From positions 1-35,708 of the IMG/VR virus record IMGVR_UViG_3300020042_004433: a stretch of 35,708 nucleotides of DNA. One strand, written 5' to 3'. This document shows positions 1 to 7,382 of the stretch, piece by piece. A program made the position numbers and the translations under genes. The notes beneath the pieces are model-generated. The model searched no databases. It saw nothing but the letters and a program-made list of their open reading frames with translations, and was not told the origin of the DNA. The DNA comes from a virus. Taxonomy: Duplodnaviria > Caudoviricetes. The first letter of the stretch is position 1; every line of letters begins with the position of its first letter.

Positions 1-213
1 TATTCCGCCTCTAGCGCCTTTGCCTGATTTAACATGGACATACTTAACCATCCATCTTCTACTAAACCAAGCAGTTTTAAGCAGAGCATTTACATACTCT
101 TGGCAACTTGGAATAGAACCATTTAAGTATTTGGCATACTTATCTGATTGGCTTTTGCGAATTACAGACTCGGCTTTATACAACCTCGTCCTTTGATTAT
201 CTCTATCTCTCAC
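1..213 (-). CDS. N-terminal part of a hypothetical protein resembling the actinobacterial TIGR04338-type putative metallohydrolase; runs off the window edge
   Basis: Not in the ORF track. My translation from GTG at 213 is MRDRDNQRTRLYKAESVIRK...QEYVNALLKTAWFSRRW..., open to base 1. The RDxQRxRxYxAE start is typical of that family. The HExxH motif would lie outside the window. Confidence 0.55.
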   Translation of the reverse strand, partial: MRDRDNQRTRLYKAESVIRKSQSDKYAKYLNGSIPSCQEYVNALLKTAWFSRRWMVKYVHVKSGKGARGGI

Positions 214-661
214 TTTCAACCTTTCCTCGATTCTTTTGGAAGGCTAGATAAGCCTCAATTGATTGGCCTTGAGGTCTGCGCAGGTCGTAATAAACCCAAC
301 CTTTGCTTACTTCATATAGATAGCCATATTGGGCTGAAGTATTATTCGTAGCGTCTCTTAACCAAAGATAAGTAGAAGCAAAAACCCTAGGCGGGTTGAA
401 CTCTTCTCCTTTATCTCGGTGGTAGGCAGAAGTAAAGTCATACACTTCGTCAGTATCTATTACCTCTTTAGGGGCGTTATGCACCTCAGGACCTAGGAAA
501 GAAATATCTCCTAAGTTAATTAACATATCTACTTTATTGGTATCTGCGTAGTGCTCAATTAAAACTGCACCAGCATGCTTTGGATATCCGTCTGAGTGAA
601 GACCAATAGACTTTATATGACCTGACGGGAACTGCATTCCTATAACCGCATTTGTACTCAT
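203..661 (-). CDS. conserved phage hypothetical protein (MST..IG...H.DGYP...G..L..HY family)
   Basis: 152-aa ORF with an HSDGYP motif and a GGAG SD upstream. Confidence 0.75.
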   Translation of the reverse strand: MSTNAVIGMQFPSGHIKSIGLHSDGYPKHAGAVLIEHYADTNKVDMLINLGDISFLGPEVHNAPKEVIDTDEVYDFTSAYHRDKGEEFNPPRVFASTYLWLRDATNNTSAQYGYLYEVSKGWVYYDLRRPQGQSIEAYLAFQKNRGKVESER

Positions 662-692
662 TTATTTCTCCGTTTCCTTTGGTTAGTTAAAT

Positions 693-719
693 TGAGCCTT
701 TTCCAGTCATGCTCAGGAC
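693..719 (-). ncRNA. small H-type pseudoknot-like intergenic RNA element
   Basis: Minus strand reads GUC-CUGAGCAU-GAC-UGGAAAAG-GCUCA. P1 is GUC/GAC, and loop UGAGC is complementary to the downstream GCUCA across an A-rich linker. Confidence 0.45.
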
Positions 720-724
720 ATTTA

Positions 725-1015
725 TTATTTACCTAGTCGAGTTTGGAACTCTTTAGGAACTTTCTTAATACATTCACTTCCAACTGCCCACCAGCCCATA
801 TAGCCAGCGGGATCTCTTTTTATTTCTTTTTCATTATCTTTAGGGTGGATTATTTTATAGCCACCATCGCCAACTATTACGCCAAGGCCTTTATTTTGTT
901 GGCTTGTTACTTTGCCGCAAACGGTGCACCTTTCACCTTCTAGGTGCTCCTTGGCTCGGTATTTTTCACTCCACAAGTCAATAATGGAGGCCTCTATCTT
1001 TCTTACTTGGTCCAT
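725..1015 (-). CDS. hypothetical protein with CxxC...GSEC motif (possible Zn binding)
   Basis: 96-aa ORF containing CTVC and WAVGSEC, preceded by a GAGG SD. Confidence 0.7.
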   Translation of the reverse strand: MDQVRKIEASIIDLWSEKYRAKEHLEGERCTVCGKVTSQQNKGLGVIVGDGGYKIIHPKDNEKEIKRDPAGYMGWWAVGSECIKKVPKEFQTRLGK

Positions 1016-1221
1016 GCTTCCACCTCTCGATTGGCTTTACTTAATGCCACGCCCAATTGCGTGGTCAATTTACGGCATTGGATACAACCGCAAGCATCGT
1101 TCATTGCGTTAATGATGTTGTAATAATCTTCAACATCAATCTCGATATTTAAGGTGTAGCGGTCATTACGATATCTTTTAATCTTTGGAGCCCTTATTGC
1201 ACCTGTATCTTTATCTAGCAT
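1003..1221 (-). CDS. hypothetical protein, 72 aa (start revised to ATG at 1221)
   Basis: ATG at 1221 is part of AAGGAGACGGAAATG, identical to the start region of the gene at 1714. The track's longer N-terminus would run through the hammerhead. Contains CGCIQC. Confidence 0.65.
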   Translation of the reverse strand: MLDKDTGAIRAPKIKRYRNDRYTLNIEIDVEDYYNIINAMNDACGCIQCRKLTTQLGVALSKANREVEAWTK

Positions 1222-1234
1222 TTCCGTCTCCTTT

Positions 1235-1297
1235 GGTCTCTTCGGTAGCCGATTAACGGCTAGACCGCCTTGCGGCGGTTTCGACCTTTTAGTCAAT
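1235..1297 (-). ncRNA. type II hammerhead ribozyme (U4C core variant)
   Basis: Minus strand: GGUC-GAAAC-CGCC(GCAA)GGCG-GUC^-UAGCCG(UUAAU)CGGCUA-CCGAAGA-GACC. All three stems form; the core is GAAAC/GUC with CCGAAGA in place of CUGANGA. GUUAAU (loop I plus the closing G) can pair with upstream AUUGAC (1297-1292). Confidence 0.8.
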
Positions 1298-1714
1298 TAA
1301 CTCAGAAACTATAGTTAATTTTTTATTAAAGCCTTCAATAACTTGTAAGGCTCGAATCGGCAACTTAAAATCTTTCTTCGTTGCACTATTCTTAGCAATT
1401 ACAGGATAATTGCCTCGGCTCGTTACGCCTAAGAAAATAAATTTCTTGCCGTTCCAAGCGAAAGTAGTGCCTAAGGCTTCGTTTGGATTCTCAAAGCCGT
1501 AAGTTCTTCCTAGCATCCGCCACATTTGGGCTTGAGGCGTTTCAACATTGACTCCGTTTTGGATAGTCACTTCACTTGCTTGGACTTTGAAAGCATATGA
1601 ATCTCCATAAGTAGTACTTACTTTGATTTTTTCTAAGTTATGCTTCTTCAAGATAGCGTCAACGGCTATTTGTATCTCTTCTGTTACTTGGCGGGCTTTA
1701 TCTTTTGTTATCAT
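1289..1714 (-). CDS. hypothetical phage protein
   Basis: 141-aa ORF with a strong AAGGAG SD. Confidence 0.75.
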   Translation of the reverse strand: MITKDKARQVTEEIQIAVDAILKKHNLEKIKVSTTYGDSYAFKVQASEVTIQNGVNVETPQAQMWRMLGRTYGFENPNEALGTTFAWNGKKFIFLGVTSRGNYPVIAKNSATKKDFKLPIRALQVIEGFNKKLTIVSELID

Positions 1715-1729
1715 TTCCGTCTCCTTAGT

Positions 1730-2336
1730 TCGAATTGATTACCATTTAGGCAACCAGCACGATATTCGATCTCATAAATCAAATACCGCACAAGTCGTCT
1801 AACTTTAGAATTATTCGCCATACTCTCGTCACTTTTATTAACGTTGCGCTAACTTAGTAATTATCACTCGCTCGGCCTCATTGCTCACCTCGTAAGGGTC
1901 ATCGCAAGTATTGGATTATCGTCATCGCGTTACTAAGTACGGCCTCTATATCTGAGGCGGGCGTCGCTTTATTTTGTGGAGTAATTAGGGTTCTTAATTG
2001 TTACTCATTTCAGATACCTTGGCTAGGCAATCGGCCTAAGGATTTAATAACCTAATTTGGCTACATAATCTCTACTATTTAATTACGTACCTATTCGTCG
2101 TAACTCACCTTAGGTCCTCATCGAGGATGGACTTTCGTCCTATACCTAAGTTCACGTCCGTCTCGGAACTTACGCTTGGCTTTTTTCACTGATTGCCTTC
2201 GCCTTTTAGGCTAATGCCTCGCCGTGTTGCCATAGCCAAGTTTATTGGCTGTTTGACTTAAGTTCCACCACCAATATGGCAACGAGATACAATGGTTCTA
2301 CAGCCATATATCTATTGCCTATGCAGAACCCTCGTT
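1730..2336 (-). ncRNA. candidate large structured non-coding RNA (~600 nt; boundaries approximate)
   Basis: No long credible ORF in an otherwise gene-dense genome. Contains many nested helices, a GAAA tetraloop, a UACG loop and two k-turn-like motifs that read correctly on the minus strand (see findings). Confidence 0.6.
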
Positions 2337-2337
2337 C

Positions 2338-2706
2338 TCACAGTTTCTCTGCTGGTGCTCTTTCCGAGGCCTCTTTATGTATCTTGGCTAGAAGTTCAGC
2401 CTTACCTTTTTCAATTACGGCTCTCATTTCAGGCGTTAATTCTTTTCTTTGATTTAATATTTGCTCAAACCATTGCTGATCTTTATTTCTTTCGCTAAAG
2501 GTTCGCCAAGGGCTATTAAAGTCTGCTGGCATAACTGGTTTAGTATTATTAGCGTAATGCCTAATCATAAGTAAGCGGGCAAACTCTAAAGTCATATCGC
2601 TATCTAAAATAGCCGCCCATGCTTCTACTCTTGCTTCATCAGGGTCAAATCTATCATCGACAGAAGCGATACCTGTTAAGAGTATTGCTACTTCCTGCTT
2701 GTTCAT
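2338..2706 (-). CDS. replicative helicase loader/inhibitor, G39P-like
   Basis: Pattern MNKQEVAILL...D.RF...VEAWAAILD...HY....VMPADF; lies downstream of the replication initiator. Confidence 0.65.
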   Translation of the reverse strand: MNKQEVAILLTGIASVDDRFDPDEARVEAWAAILDSDMTLEFARLLMIRHYANNTKPVMPADFNSPWRTFSERNKDQQWFEQILNQRKELTPEMRAVIEKGKAELLAKIHKEASERAPAEKL

Positions 2707-2849
2707 ACTTTCTCCTTTAATTTATAGCCAACGATATTCCAAACGCTTCCCAAAATAGCGTCTTGCCACCGCCCGCAATACTCACAGGAATAATCTTCAC
2801 AAGCAGTAGAAAGAACTAGTCCTTGTAATTTACAGTACCTGCATTTCAT
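2703..2849 (-). CDS. small Zn-ribbon protein, 48 aa
   Basis: Not in the track. MKCRYCKLQGLVLSTACEDYSCEYCGRWQD...; two CxxC pairs and ATGA overlaps with both neighbours. Confidence 0.65.
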   Translation of the reverse strand: MKCRYCKLQGLVLSTACEDYSCEYCGRWQDAILGSVWNIVGYKLKEKV

Positions 2850-3049
2850 TTTAGGTTGCCAATCCAAATTAACATCTCGCCTAGTTCTATAAGTTCTTTC
2901 TTGCTAATGTAATCAAGCGAGGCTTTTTCATTAGTAAAATCAACATTGATAGTTACTGACCAATCACCCGCTTCGCCTGACCCAGTAGAAACTTCTACGT
3001 TGCCCGAGTTCAGTCCATACCATTTATAGATTATTTCATTTGCTTTCAT
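2846..3049 (-). CDS. hypothetical protein
   Basis: 67-aa ORF in the operon, AAGGGA SD. Confidence 0.6.
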   Translation of the reverse strand: MKANEIIYKWYGLNSGNVEVSTGSGEAGDWSVTINVDFTNEKASLDYISKKELIELGEMLIWIGNLK

Positions 3050-3059
3050 TTGTCCCTTT

Positions 3060-3755
3060 CTACTCTAGTTCCCATATTGGGTTCTTATTTTGATTTAACG
3101 CAACTACGTTACTAAGCCCTCGGTTGAGTCTTTCTTGTCGGGCCGACATAGGTCTTATATTTCTTAGTGCTTTGTCCATTTGTTGCATAGATGGAACTAC
3201 TCCTATCTGATTTAAGGCAGTTAGGATTTGTTCCTCGGTATAGCCTCTAGCCTCAGCCGCTTCGCAGACTTTTAATAAGGCGAACCAAGCACCTTTTCCA
3301 ATTGGCTTAGGGGTAAGCCCCTCCCACCATTTCTGTGCGGCTACTTTTGACGGCTTGACCGTGTCTAGGGTTGTATCTTTTAAGGTTGTATAAGATGGTT
3401 GCTCCGAGTCAAAGTTGGGGAGTAATGGTCCAAAGTTGTGGAGTTCAACATCTATAGTTGGGGGGTCGTCATTCTGCACCCCAACTGTATTGGGGAGTTT
3501 AAGTAAGCGGTATTCAGTTGCTCTTCCTTTACTATGGCCTTTTTTAACTATTTCTACAGAACAATCACTTATCATCTTTGCTACTGTTTGCCTTACATAT
3601 TCTACCGAGCACCTACTTTTCTTAGCCAACGAACTTTGGCTGATAAAAAACCAACCAGTTTCGTTAGCATGGTCAGCCATTCCTAAATGAATAAGCAATC
3701 GGGCACCGTCATATGGGCTTTTATCCCATACATGGGTCATCCACCTAATGCTCAC
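3060..3755 (-). CDS. phage replication initiator (N-terminal winged HTH, HTH_36-like)
   Basis: MSIRWMTHVW...LLIHLGMADHANETG..F.SQSSLAKKSRCS is the typical replisome-organiser N-terminus. Confidence 0.75.
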   Translation of the reverse strand: MSIRWMTHVWDKSPYDGARLLIHLGMADHANETGWFFISQSSLAKKSRCSVEYVRQTVAKMISDCSVEIVKKGHSKGRATEYRLLKLPNTVGVQNDDPPTIDVELHNFGPLLPNFDSEQPSYTTLKDTTLDTVKPSKVAAQKWWEGLTPKPIGKGAWFALLKVCEAAEARGYTEEQILTALNQIGVVPSMQQMDKALRNIRPMSARQERLNRGLSNVVALNQNKNPIWELE

Positions 3756-4144
3756 AAATTACCTCCACAATGCGGGCAACATTTAATCTTTGGCTTTTGG
3801 TATTCAACTGCCCTGCCATTTACATAATTAGGCAAAACATAAATCTTGCAGCCATTTCGTTTATCTTTCAATCGCGAAATATAGCCTGTTTTATGGAGGA
3901 TACTTAACACGCCTGAAACTGTGCCATGGTGGAGTTCTAACATATCTGACAATTCACGCCAAATAACCCCTCGACCCCTTTGAAGTTCTAGCCAAGTAAT
4001 TACTTTGCGCTCTAATGCCGCCGTCATTCCTTTTATATCTTGATTGATTGCTCGCTCTTTACTTGTGTCTGTTCCGCTATGCCCTGAAGTTCCAGCGTAT
4101 GGCAGTACAGGCAGTCCGTCATCAAATAAATCCGCTTGTCCCAT
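3752..4144 (-). CDS. winged-HTH DNA-binding protein with C-terminal CxxC
   Basis: PYAGTSGHSGTDTS..RA motif, WRELSDMLELHHGTVSGVLS helix-turn-helix, and CPHCG. Confidence 0.65.
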   Translation of the reverse strand: MGQADLFDDGLPVLPYAGTSGHSGTDTSKERAINQDIKGMTAALERKVITWLELQRGRGVIWRELSDMLELHHGTVSGVLSILHKTGYISRLKDKRNGCKIYVLPNYVNGRAVEYQKPKIKCCPHCGGNL

Positions 4145-4152
4145 TTCCGTTC

Positions 4153-4359
4153 CTATTCTTTAACTAGTTTTTGTGGTTCTACTCCTAAAATCTCGGCTAA
4201 CTTGATAATGGTAGAAAACTTGGCTGGCTTGCCCTTTTCTAACCGACAAAGACTTTCCGCCCTAATACCAGCCCTCTTTGCGAGTTCGCTCTGGGTAATT
4301 AGTTTGCCTTTGCGTAACTGTTTTATCAGTTCCCCATTAACTACTGCTGTTGCCGACAT
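4153..4359 (-). CDS. XRE-family HTH transcriptional regulator (Cro-like)
   Basis: IKQLRKGKLITQSELAKRAGI...LCRLEKG...TIIKLAEILGV; AAGGAG SD. Confidence 0.85.
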   Translation of the reverse strand: MSATAVVNGELIKQLRKGKLITQSELAKRAGIRAESLCRLEKGKPAKFSTIIKLAEILGVEPQKLVKE

Positions 4360-4584
4360 AATTCTCCTTACTTGTGATGGAATTGTAATAGCCTTTAGAT
4401 GGCGAACCCTAGCATTGAATAACTACGGCATTTCCATAGTTATATGTCTAGGAACTTAAGCGCCATTTAATTTGATAACATAAGCCTATCCTGCGCTATC
4501 CCGTCATAGACGCAGGGCTAAGAGCGAGATTGTGTGCCTCTCAATCCCAGAGTAAGGGCCTGCTCGCTCTTGGTTTTTAAGATA

Positions 4585-4647
4585 GACACGCCCTTTACAT
4601 GTTGCTTAAATGGACTTGACTTGCCATACTTATTCTCTAGAAGGAGG
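4585..4647 (+). promoter_or_regulatory. sigma-70-type promoter and RBS for the only credible plus-strand gene, with an upstream GACAC box
   Basis: TTGCTT (4602-4607), 17-nt spacer, TGc-CATACT (-10 at 4625-4630), AGGAGG (4642-4647), GACAC at 4585-4589. Confidence 0.55.
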
Positions 4648-4651
4648 CAAA

Positions 4652-4828
4652 ATGACCCCAACTAATAAAGTTGAGTTTGTTCACGACTGCCTAGCGCAGT
4701 TGTCTAAAATCGATGAACAAATTTACCTACTAGACCCTGCTATTCATAAAGATCTAATCGCCTGTTTGCGAGAAGAAGCCTTACGGATACAGTTGAGCGC
4801 AGATAAAGAATTAACGCTAGTTAGTTAA
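4652..4828 (+). CDS. small helical hypothetical protein, 58 aa
   Basis: ATG at 4652 follows AGGAGG; translation MTPTNKVEFVHDCLAQLSKIDEQ... Confidence 0.6.
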   Translation: MTPTNKVEFVHDCLAQLSKIDEQIYLLDPAIHKDLIACLREEALRIQLSADKELTLVS

Positions 4829-5336
4829 ACTTAGGTCTGCCAAAGCCAACAACGGCAACAGGCATATTAGGTTTAAGTTTACTGCGGTTCTTCTTTTTGA
4901 ACGCTCTAATTTTTAAGCAAACTTCGCCGCCGTTTCTTTGGTCGCCTTTTTTGTCGGCAGCCGTATTGCCCTCTATGCAGGTAATAGTTCCATCTCCGTT
5001 GTCTTTTTGAACTATTCCGACATGTGAGATTCTATCGACCCCATCTCCAGGAAAGTCAAAGAAAACAATATCGCCTGCTAAAGGCAATGAATCTTCTCCT
5101 TCAAACCAAGTTTTGTTTTTCTTAAATGCTTCTGCCCCTGCTAAGGTTGATACGCAATTTGGAACTTTCACCCCTGCTTGGTTAGCGCACCACATAATAA
5201 ATGAACCGCACCATGGCAATAAATTTGCTTTAGCAAACTTGCCGTATTTAGTTTCGTTATCTTTAGGACCTTCTATAGTTCCTACTTCGGCCAAAGCAAT
5301 TTCGACCAGTTTGGCTGCTGTATTTAACTCTGCCAT
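4821..5336 (-). CDS. endolysin, CHAP-domain amidase/peptidase
   Basis: Catalytic WCGSF, HVGIV and IEGNT motifs. Confidence 0.9.
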   Translation of the reverse strand: MAELNTAAKLVEIALAEVGTIEGPKDNETKYGKFAKANLLPWCGSFIMWCANQAGVKVPNCVSTLAGAEAFKKNKTWFEGEDSLPLAGDIVFFDFPGDGVDRISHVGIVQKDNGDGTITCIEGNTAADKKGDQRNGGEVCLKIRAFKKKNRSKLKPNMPVAVVGFGRPKFN

Positions 5337-5479
5337 TATTTCATTCCTTTGTTTTGGTCTTTAGGATATCTTTCTATTCTTTCTTTTATCCTACCATCTT
5401 TGCCCATTCGTACTATCCAACCATCTTTTATCTGCATAGGATTAAAACTATCTACTCTCCTGTACCTACCACTGCTCAT
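5336..5479 (-). CDS. small basic hypothetical protein, 47 aa
   Basis: Not in the track. MSSGRYRRVDSFNPMQIKDGWIVRMGKDGRIKE...; ATGA and TAATG couplings at its two ends. Confidence 0.65.
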   Translation of the reverse strand: MSSGRYRRVDSFNPMQIKDGWIVRMGKDGRIKERIERYPKDQNKGMK

Positions 5480-5574
5480 ATTGACACCCAACCTAAATAC
5501 TCTGCGTTTGGGTTATCTTTCAACCATTGTTCTCTTAACTTGTTTTGGTATGCCCAGTCGATATCGTTACTCAT
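5476..5574 (-). CDS. small hypothetical protein, 32 aa
   Basis: Not in the track. MSNDIDWAYQNKLREQWLKDNPNAEYLGWVSI; ATGA-coupled to the next gene. Confidence 0.55.
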   Translation of the reverse strand: MSNDIDWAYQNKLREQWLKDNPNAEYLGWVSI

Positions 5575-5599
5575 TATTTCTTTTCTTACAAGTAACTAA

Positions 5600-5896
5600 T
5601 TACTTACCTTTTCGGGCTGAAGTCTTTGCGTCTACTTCAGAAAATGCCTCGTTAATCTCAGCGCTTGATAATTTTCCATCTACTAAGAAAGATCGAGCAA
5701 GTTGTTCGGTAACAGTAACTACTCCTAAAGTGCCCGCTAAAATAACGGCTTTAACGATATCAATGCCGATAATCGCGCCTGCGCCAATTACTGATAGTCC
5801 GCTTGCTAAAAAAACCGCGAAAATTCGTTTGGCTATCCCTATTATCTTTTCCATAAAAGTATTGCCCTTCAGTTCAGTTTTACCAGTACCTACCAT
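5600..5896 (-). CDS. holin-like membrane protein (2 TM); start at 5896, alternative 5854
   Basis: Hydrophobic RIFAVFLASGLSVIGAGAIIG / VKAVILAGTLGVV followed by DGKLS..EIN.AF; located in the lysis region; GGAG precedes ATG 5896. Confidence 0.6.
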   Translation of the reverse strand: MVGTGKTELKGNTFMEKIIGIAKRIFAVFLASGLSVIGAGAIIGIDIVKAVILAGTLGVVTVTEQLARSFLVDGKLSSAEINEAFSEVDAKTSARKGK

Positions 5897-5897
5897 C

Positions 5898-6455
5898 TTA
5901 CTTTCTCCCCTTTGCTTTTCGTTGTTGGGGCTGAGTATAGTAAAGAAAAGGTCCGCTTGTGTAAGCATCGTTCTTAGCCGCAATTTCTAACGCTTCAGAT
6001 AGGCTCGCCCCTGCTTCTAACGCTCCAATGGCATAACCGCTTCCTGAACCAACTCCAAAATAACCGCTATCAGTTAAAGAGATACTCATATCATCTGCTA
6101 TCTCGAAAACTTGCCCTCCAATGGCAACTAAGAAGCAAAATTTGCTTTCGTCGTCGTCTACGTCCCATTTGTATTCGTTTTCCTTAAAAACTGCTTTTAG
6201 AGAAGGAATAACTTTCGCTATCATAAAATGGTAGAGGTCTTTCCATTCTGCATTGCTTGGCCTAGGCGGTTGCCAAATATGTTGCGCAATATCGCAAGGG
6301 GCGCACTCTCCGCTTCCTGCAATAATAAAAGGACCGCGCTCGCTTATTTTTATCATTTCTGTATGTCTTTGTACTCGCCCGCTACCTGAAGTTACTTGAC
6401 TATCTGCCCCAAATAAAACTTTACCTTTTTGTTGGATAGCGATAATCGTGGTCAT
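5898..6455 (-). CDS. HslV/proteasome beta-subunit-like Ntn hydrolase (Thr protease)
   Basis: MTTIIAI...ADSQVT, conserved Lys, and GSGSGYAIGAL; an N-terminal Thr nucleophile is exposed after Met removal. Confidence 0.85.
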   Translation of the reverse strand: MTTIIAIQQKGKVLFGADSQVTSGSGRVQRHTEMIKISERGPFIIAGSGECAPCDIAQHIWQPPRPSNAEWKDLYHFMIAKVIPSLKAVFKENEYKWDVDDDESKFCFLVAIGGQVFEIADDMSISLTDSGYFGVGSGSGYAIGALEAGASLSEALEIAAKNDAYTSGPFLYYTQPQQRKAKGRK

Positions 6456-6468
6456 GGGGATAAGGGTA
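6456..6468 (-). promoter_or_regulatory. putative leaderless promoter (-10 TACCCT, 7 nt before ATG)
   Basis: No SD; TANNNT at a spacing that puts +1 on the ATG; sits right after a terminator. Confidence 0.5.
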
Positions 6469-6478
6469 CAAGCCTGCT

Positions 6479-6519
6479 AAAAGAAATAGGCTAGGCGACA
6501 TCAGATAGAGCGCCTAGCC
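6479..6519 (-). terminator. intrinsic terminator after the holin
   Basis: GGCTAGGCG...CGCCTAGCC stem followed by TATTTCTTTT on the minus strand. Confidence 0.65.
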
Positions 6520-6530
6520 GAGTTGAAACT

Positions 6531-6821
6531 TTATTTCTTGACGGCCTTTTTACTTGGACTTGACTTAGAGTTTATCTTCTTCGTGAACTCTTTAACGGCT
6601 GATTCCGCAAACTTTCCAAATGCTGGATCTTTGCTATTAAAATATCTCATAGCAACAGGAACGATAGCCACCCATACAGAGTTGGCTACGGCCCACCAAT
6701 CGCCTGAAGCAAAATCTATCGGGGATTTGCCTGTAAGCGCTCCAATTGCCGCCACAGCCGCTATAACAGCCCCTAGGAGGTGTCTGCCGTAACTATCTAT
6801 TGCTGCTTTATTTAATTTCAT
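6531..6821 (-). CDS. holin (actinophage type)
   Basis: SYGRHLLGAVIAAVAA...VANSVWVAIVPVAMRYFNSKDPAFG; 2 TM segments and a basic C-terminus. Confidence 0.7.
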   Translation of the reverse strand: MKLNKAAIDSYGRHLLGAVIAAVAAIGALTGKSPIDFASGDWWAVANSVWVAIVPVAMRYFNSKDPAFGKFAESAVKEFTKKINSKSSPSKKAVKK

Positions 6822-6823
6822 TT

Positions 6824-7108
6824 TTACTCCTTAGTGGCAATCAATTTTACTAGGTCGTAAACATCATCGAGCCTTTGCCCAATGCCTGACTGCCGTTCTT
6901 CTAATCTTACTATACGGTCTGCTACCGATGAGCCACCATTGGGCTTGAGTTCCATAAGGACATCTTCAATAGGGCGTAGTCTTTCATCTATAAATACTTC
7001 TAAACTTCTTTTTAGGGGTTTGTATACCAATTTGGCTCCTAGGGCTAATATACCTAAAACTGCCGCACTAATAGCAGCAATTAGTTCTAAGTATTCTTGG
7101 GCAGACAT
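6824..7108 (-). CDS. lysis-region membrane protein (single TM plus coiled coil, PNGGSS motif)
   Basis: N-terminal TM; ELKPNGGSSVADRIVRLE motif common in actinophages; leaderless -10 TATCCT at 7121-7116. Confidence 0.7.
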   Translation of the reverse strand: MSAQEYLELIAAISAAVLGILALGAKLVYKPLKRSLEVFIDERLRPIEDVLMELKPNGGSSVADRIVRLEERQSGIGQRLDDVYDLVKLIATKE

Positions 7109-7145
7109 GCTCTATAGGATACCGCAATATGGTTTAATTTCAGTA

Positions 7146-7382
7146 TCAAGTCAATTCACCTAGCACCACTATGTCGCCATTATTTATTATCATTACTACT
7201 ACATCAGCGACTGTTGGGGTATAAGAACTGAGGTAACGAACTCCTGTTACGGCAGTAGAAGAGCCAGAAATTTCTACACTTATTCTTGTATTGCCACTAG
7301 TCCTAGCCGTTACTACTCCAAAGTGTATAGATAGTTTATTGTTTTGGTTAGCAATACTTTTTACTATTTGAGCGAAATCCAT
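7146..7382 (-). CDS. small tail-tip/baseplate protein (OB-fold-like)
   Basis: YLSSYTPTVADVV...GDIVVLG pattern; follows the hub gene. Confidence 0.6.
   Translation of the reverse strand: MDFAQIVKSIANQNNKLSIHFGVVTARTSGNTRISVEISGSSTAVTGVRYLSSYTPTVADVVVMIINNGDIVVLGELT

Noticed and set aside
1222-1296. Track start at 1296 for ORF 1003-1296
   Set aside because: The extension runs through the hammerhead, and the ATG at 1221 has a strong SD identical to its neighbour's.
2125-2145. GAAAGUCC resembling the RNase P RNA conserved segment or a hammerhead half
   Set aside because: It is a simple GGAC-GAAA-GUCC hairpin; I found no matching RNase P 3' motif or CUGANGA partner.
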